Source: Malacoraja senta (taxonomy: Eukaryota). Taken from it: a DNA stretch of 64,000 bases. The notes beneath the pieces were generated by a model. That model saw nothing but the letters and a program-made list of their open reading frames with translations. It did not search any database and was not told where the DNA came from. Made by a program: the position numbers and the translations under genes. Of the stretch, positions 61,384 to 64,000 are shown one piece after another. Positions within the stretch are counted from its first letter, which is position 1; each line of letters opens with the position of its first letter. The stretch spans positions 1-64,000 of the forward strand of contig JAXLNO010002689.1 in assembly GCA_038087875.1 (NCBI GenBank), in the 5' to 3' direction.

Positions 61384-61692
61384 TTAGTTTAGTTTAGAGA
61401 TACAGCGCGGATATAGGCCCCTCGGCCCTCCGAGTCGGCACCGACATGCGATCCCCGCACACTAGCACTATCCCACACACACTAGGGACAATTTACATTT
61501 AAACCAAACCAATGAACCTACAAACCTGTACGACTTTGGAGTGTGGGAGGAAACCGAAGATCTCGTAGAAAACCCTCGCAGGTCATGGGGAGAACGTACA
61601 AACTCCATATAGACAGCACCCATAGTCAGGATCGAACCGGGTGTCCGGCGCTGTAAAGCAGCAACTCTACCACTGCCCCACCGTTCCGCCCC
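61384..61692 (-). mobile_element. HE1-type V-SINE
   Basis: Full-length reverse copy. Confidence 0.88.
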
Positions 61693-62119
61693 AATTTATA
61701 TTTAGATTGCGGATTGTGGAATGTATGGCTACTAATCTGTACACTGGCAGAACTTGTAACCAGTAGTTCAACTGATGACCATATCTCAACAAAAGGCTTT
61801 TGCTTTCATGTGATGACTTACTTTATCGGCAACTACTCTCACTATCTGCTGTTATTTGTGTGTAGTAGTTCAATGAATAAGTTAGTAACACTTCAGAAGT
61901 CCCTGCTAGTCATGTTCGGATGCTAGGGTTCTCTCTCTATGAGTTTCCCTTGGGTACCCTACTTTCCTCCCACATCCTTGGAAGCTCAGGCAGCATCTCT
62001 GAAGGACATAGATACGCCACTTTGTGGGTTGATGCCCTTCTTCGAACTGATCTGTAGGATCAGCAAGTGATAGGTGGAGAAAGGAACTGCAGATGCTGCT
62101 TACTCCAGCTTTTTGTCTA

Positions 62120-62815
62120 AAGTGACAGGTGGATACAGGTGAGGGAGGATTTGATTGGCAGATAGGTGGACAAAGGCTAGAGATTATAAGGAACAAAAGG
62201 GTAACCAAAAGGGACAAATGGGATGGGCTAGTGGTGGAAAAGGAAACTAAGTTCAAGTACGTGGCCAAACAATCACCGATGTAATGAAAGCCACACCGAT
62301 GCTTGGTTTCACCGATGTAATGGAAGCCACATCGGGGAACTGAATACAGTACATGAGGCTAGAGGAGATGAATGTGTAGGAAGGAACTGGTTTAAATCGA
62401 AGATAAACACAAAATGCTGGAGTAACTCAGCATCTCTGGAGAGAAGGAATGGGCGACGTTTCAGGTCGAGACCCAAAGTGAACCTCTGTCTCACCTGCAA
62501 GGGCTGCTGGCGTCCTTGGGTGGAGTCGAGGGAGAAGACATAGGGACGTGTTGCATCCCCTGCAGTTGCAGAAGAAAGTACCTGTGGATGGGGTGGTTTG
62601 GGTTGGAAAGGATGATTGAACCTAGGAATTGTGGAGGGAGTGGTCTCCACAGAACGTGGAAGGGGTGGGGACGGAAGGGGGCTGGGTCACATTGGAGTGA
62701 CGGAAATGTTGGAGAATGATGGGTTGGAAGCTGAGGCTGGTGGGATGAAAGGTAAGGACCAGAGGAACTATATCCTTGTTCAATCTGCATGGAGGGGGAA
62801 CGAGAGCAGAACTAC
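62120..62815 (-). mobile_element. Decayed Penelope-like element fragment
   Basis: Remnant LNKDIVPLVLTFHPTSLSFQPIILQHFRH (RT-endonuclease linker) and QVRQRF, with terminal-repeat pieces inserted. Confidence 0.65.
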
Positions 62816-63408
62816 ATGACAGAGGGGACCACCAAGGCCTTCTGGAGTGCAACATGTAGTACTTTCGTAGCCTTGTCATCGATCGCCTAGGAATGCAAAG
62901 CACTTGATCATCTCCACGTCAGCACCATTGATGCATTCTTTGACGTATACACCACCCACTTCCTGGACCAATGACTAGTTCTTTCATTTTCTGACATTAA
63001 GGGAGAGGCTGTTGTTCAGACACATCACAATCTCCTTCCTGTACTGCGTGGCATTGTTGTGAGAGATTTGGCGCACAACAGTTGCATCACCTGTAAGCAT
63101 TTACATGGAGTTTGAGCAGAATTTGGGCACAGAATCATGAGTGTGTAGGGTGTTTAGTTAGGAGCTGAGAAGACATCCTTGTGGGGCACCAGTGTTGGGA
63201 ATTATTGGGGAGGATGTTTTCCTCGCCTATCCTTACTGATTGCAGTCTACGTCTGAAAAGCATGGATTCAGTTGCATAGGAGGGTGCTAAATCCTAAATC
63301 CAGGAGTTTGGACATGTGTTTGGTTGGAATTATGGTGTTGGTCAAGCTAGTCAATAAATAGGATCTGATGTAGGTTAATCCTGATGTTTCAGGGATGAAT
63401 GAAGGATC

Positions 63409-63765
63409 AGGAAGATTGTTCCCGATGTTGGGGAAGTCCAGGACAAGGGGTCACAGCTTAAGGATAAGGAGGAAATCCTTTAAGACCGAGATGAGAAAAA
63501 ACTTTTTCACACAGAGAGTGGTGAATCTCTGGAACTCTCTGCCACAGAGGGTAGTTGAGGCCAGTTCATTGGCTATATTTAAGAGGGAATTAGATGTGGC
63601 CCTTGTGGCTAAAGGGATCAGGGGGTATGGAGAGAAGGCAGGTACGGGATACTGAGTTGGATGATCAACCATGATCATATTGGATACATGAGTTGGATGA
63701 TCAACCATGAGCAGGCTCAAAGGGCCGAATGGTCTACTCCTGCACCTATTTTCTATGTATCTATG
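63409..63765 (+). mobile_element. CR1 LINE 3' end
   Basis: ORF 63395-63655 LFPMLGKSRTRGHSLRIRRKSFKTEMRKNFFTQRVVNLWNSLPQ plus the CR1 tail. Confidence 0.88.
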
Positions 63766-64000
63766 TATCAGGTGCTGCGGACCTGTTCCAGTAGCAGGTG
63801 AATTGCAGTGGATCAAGACTGTCTGGGAGACTTCACCAGACTCTTCAAGCACTTCTCCGAAGAAGAGTGCCGACCCAAAACATCACCTATCCATGTTCTC
63901 CAGGGATTCTGCCTGACCCACTGAGTTACTCCAGCACATTGTGTCCTTTTGCGTAAACCAGCATCTGCATTTCCTTGTTTCTACACTTCATGGAGGAGGT

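Noticed and set aside
63990-64000. ATGGAGGAG (MEE), like the B55-beta1 start
   Set aside because: Lies downstream of the internal exons, directly after a repeat, and only 3 codons match.

Overview
Eukaryotic, repeat-rich genomic DNA from a cartilaginous fish, most likely a skate or ray. This is inferred from HE1-type V-SINEs with CR1-derived tails and the LINE/Penelope repertoire. The window lies inside one large + strand gene, PPP2R2B (PP2A regulatory subunit B55-beta). Three internal coding exons are recognisable (11569-11666, 26538-26703, 27856-27968), with canonical AG/GT boundaries and compatible phases. I did not find the first coding exon or the next downstream exon in the window. The rest is intron filled with transposable elements. 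The best-supported are: a structurally complete but decayed DIRS1-type tyrosine-recombinase retrotransposon (20139-25407, ITRs + ICR, AAT crossover core); a full-length decayed Tc1 transposon with IR/DR ends (17389-19005); a non-autonomous Helitron (41372-42957); PIF/Harbinger-like MITEs sharing the terminus AGGGCCTGTCCCAC; two copies of a ~1.05-kb TIR element with a 7-bp TSD; Penelope-like fragments whose terminal repeat holds a minimal hammerhead-ribozyme-like motif; a young Rex1/Babar LINE; a solo LTR; and many CR1 and V-SINE copies. I see no new protein-coding system. The most novel leads are the hammerhead-like motif and its capture in a composite MITE, candidate spliceosomal introns in the DIRS leader, the 7-bp-TSD element and a locally templated inverted insertion. 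All calls are by eye; boundaries of degenerate repeats are approximate.
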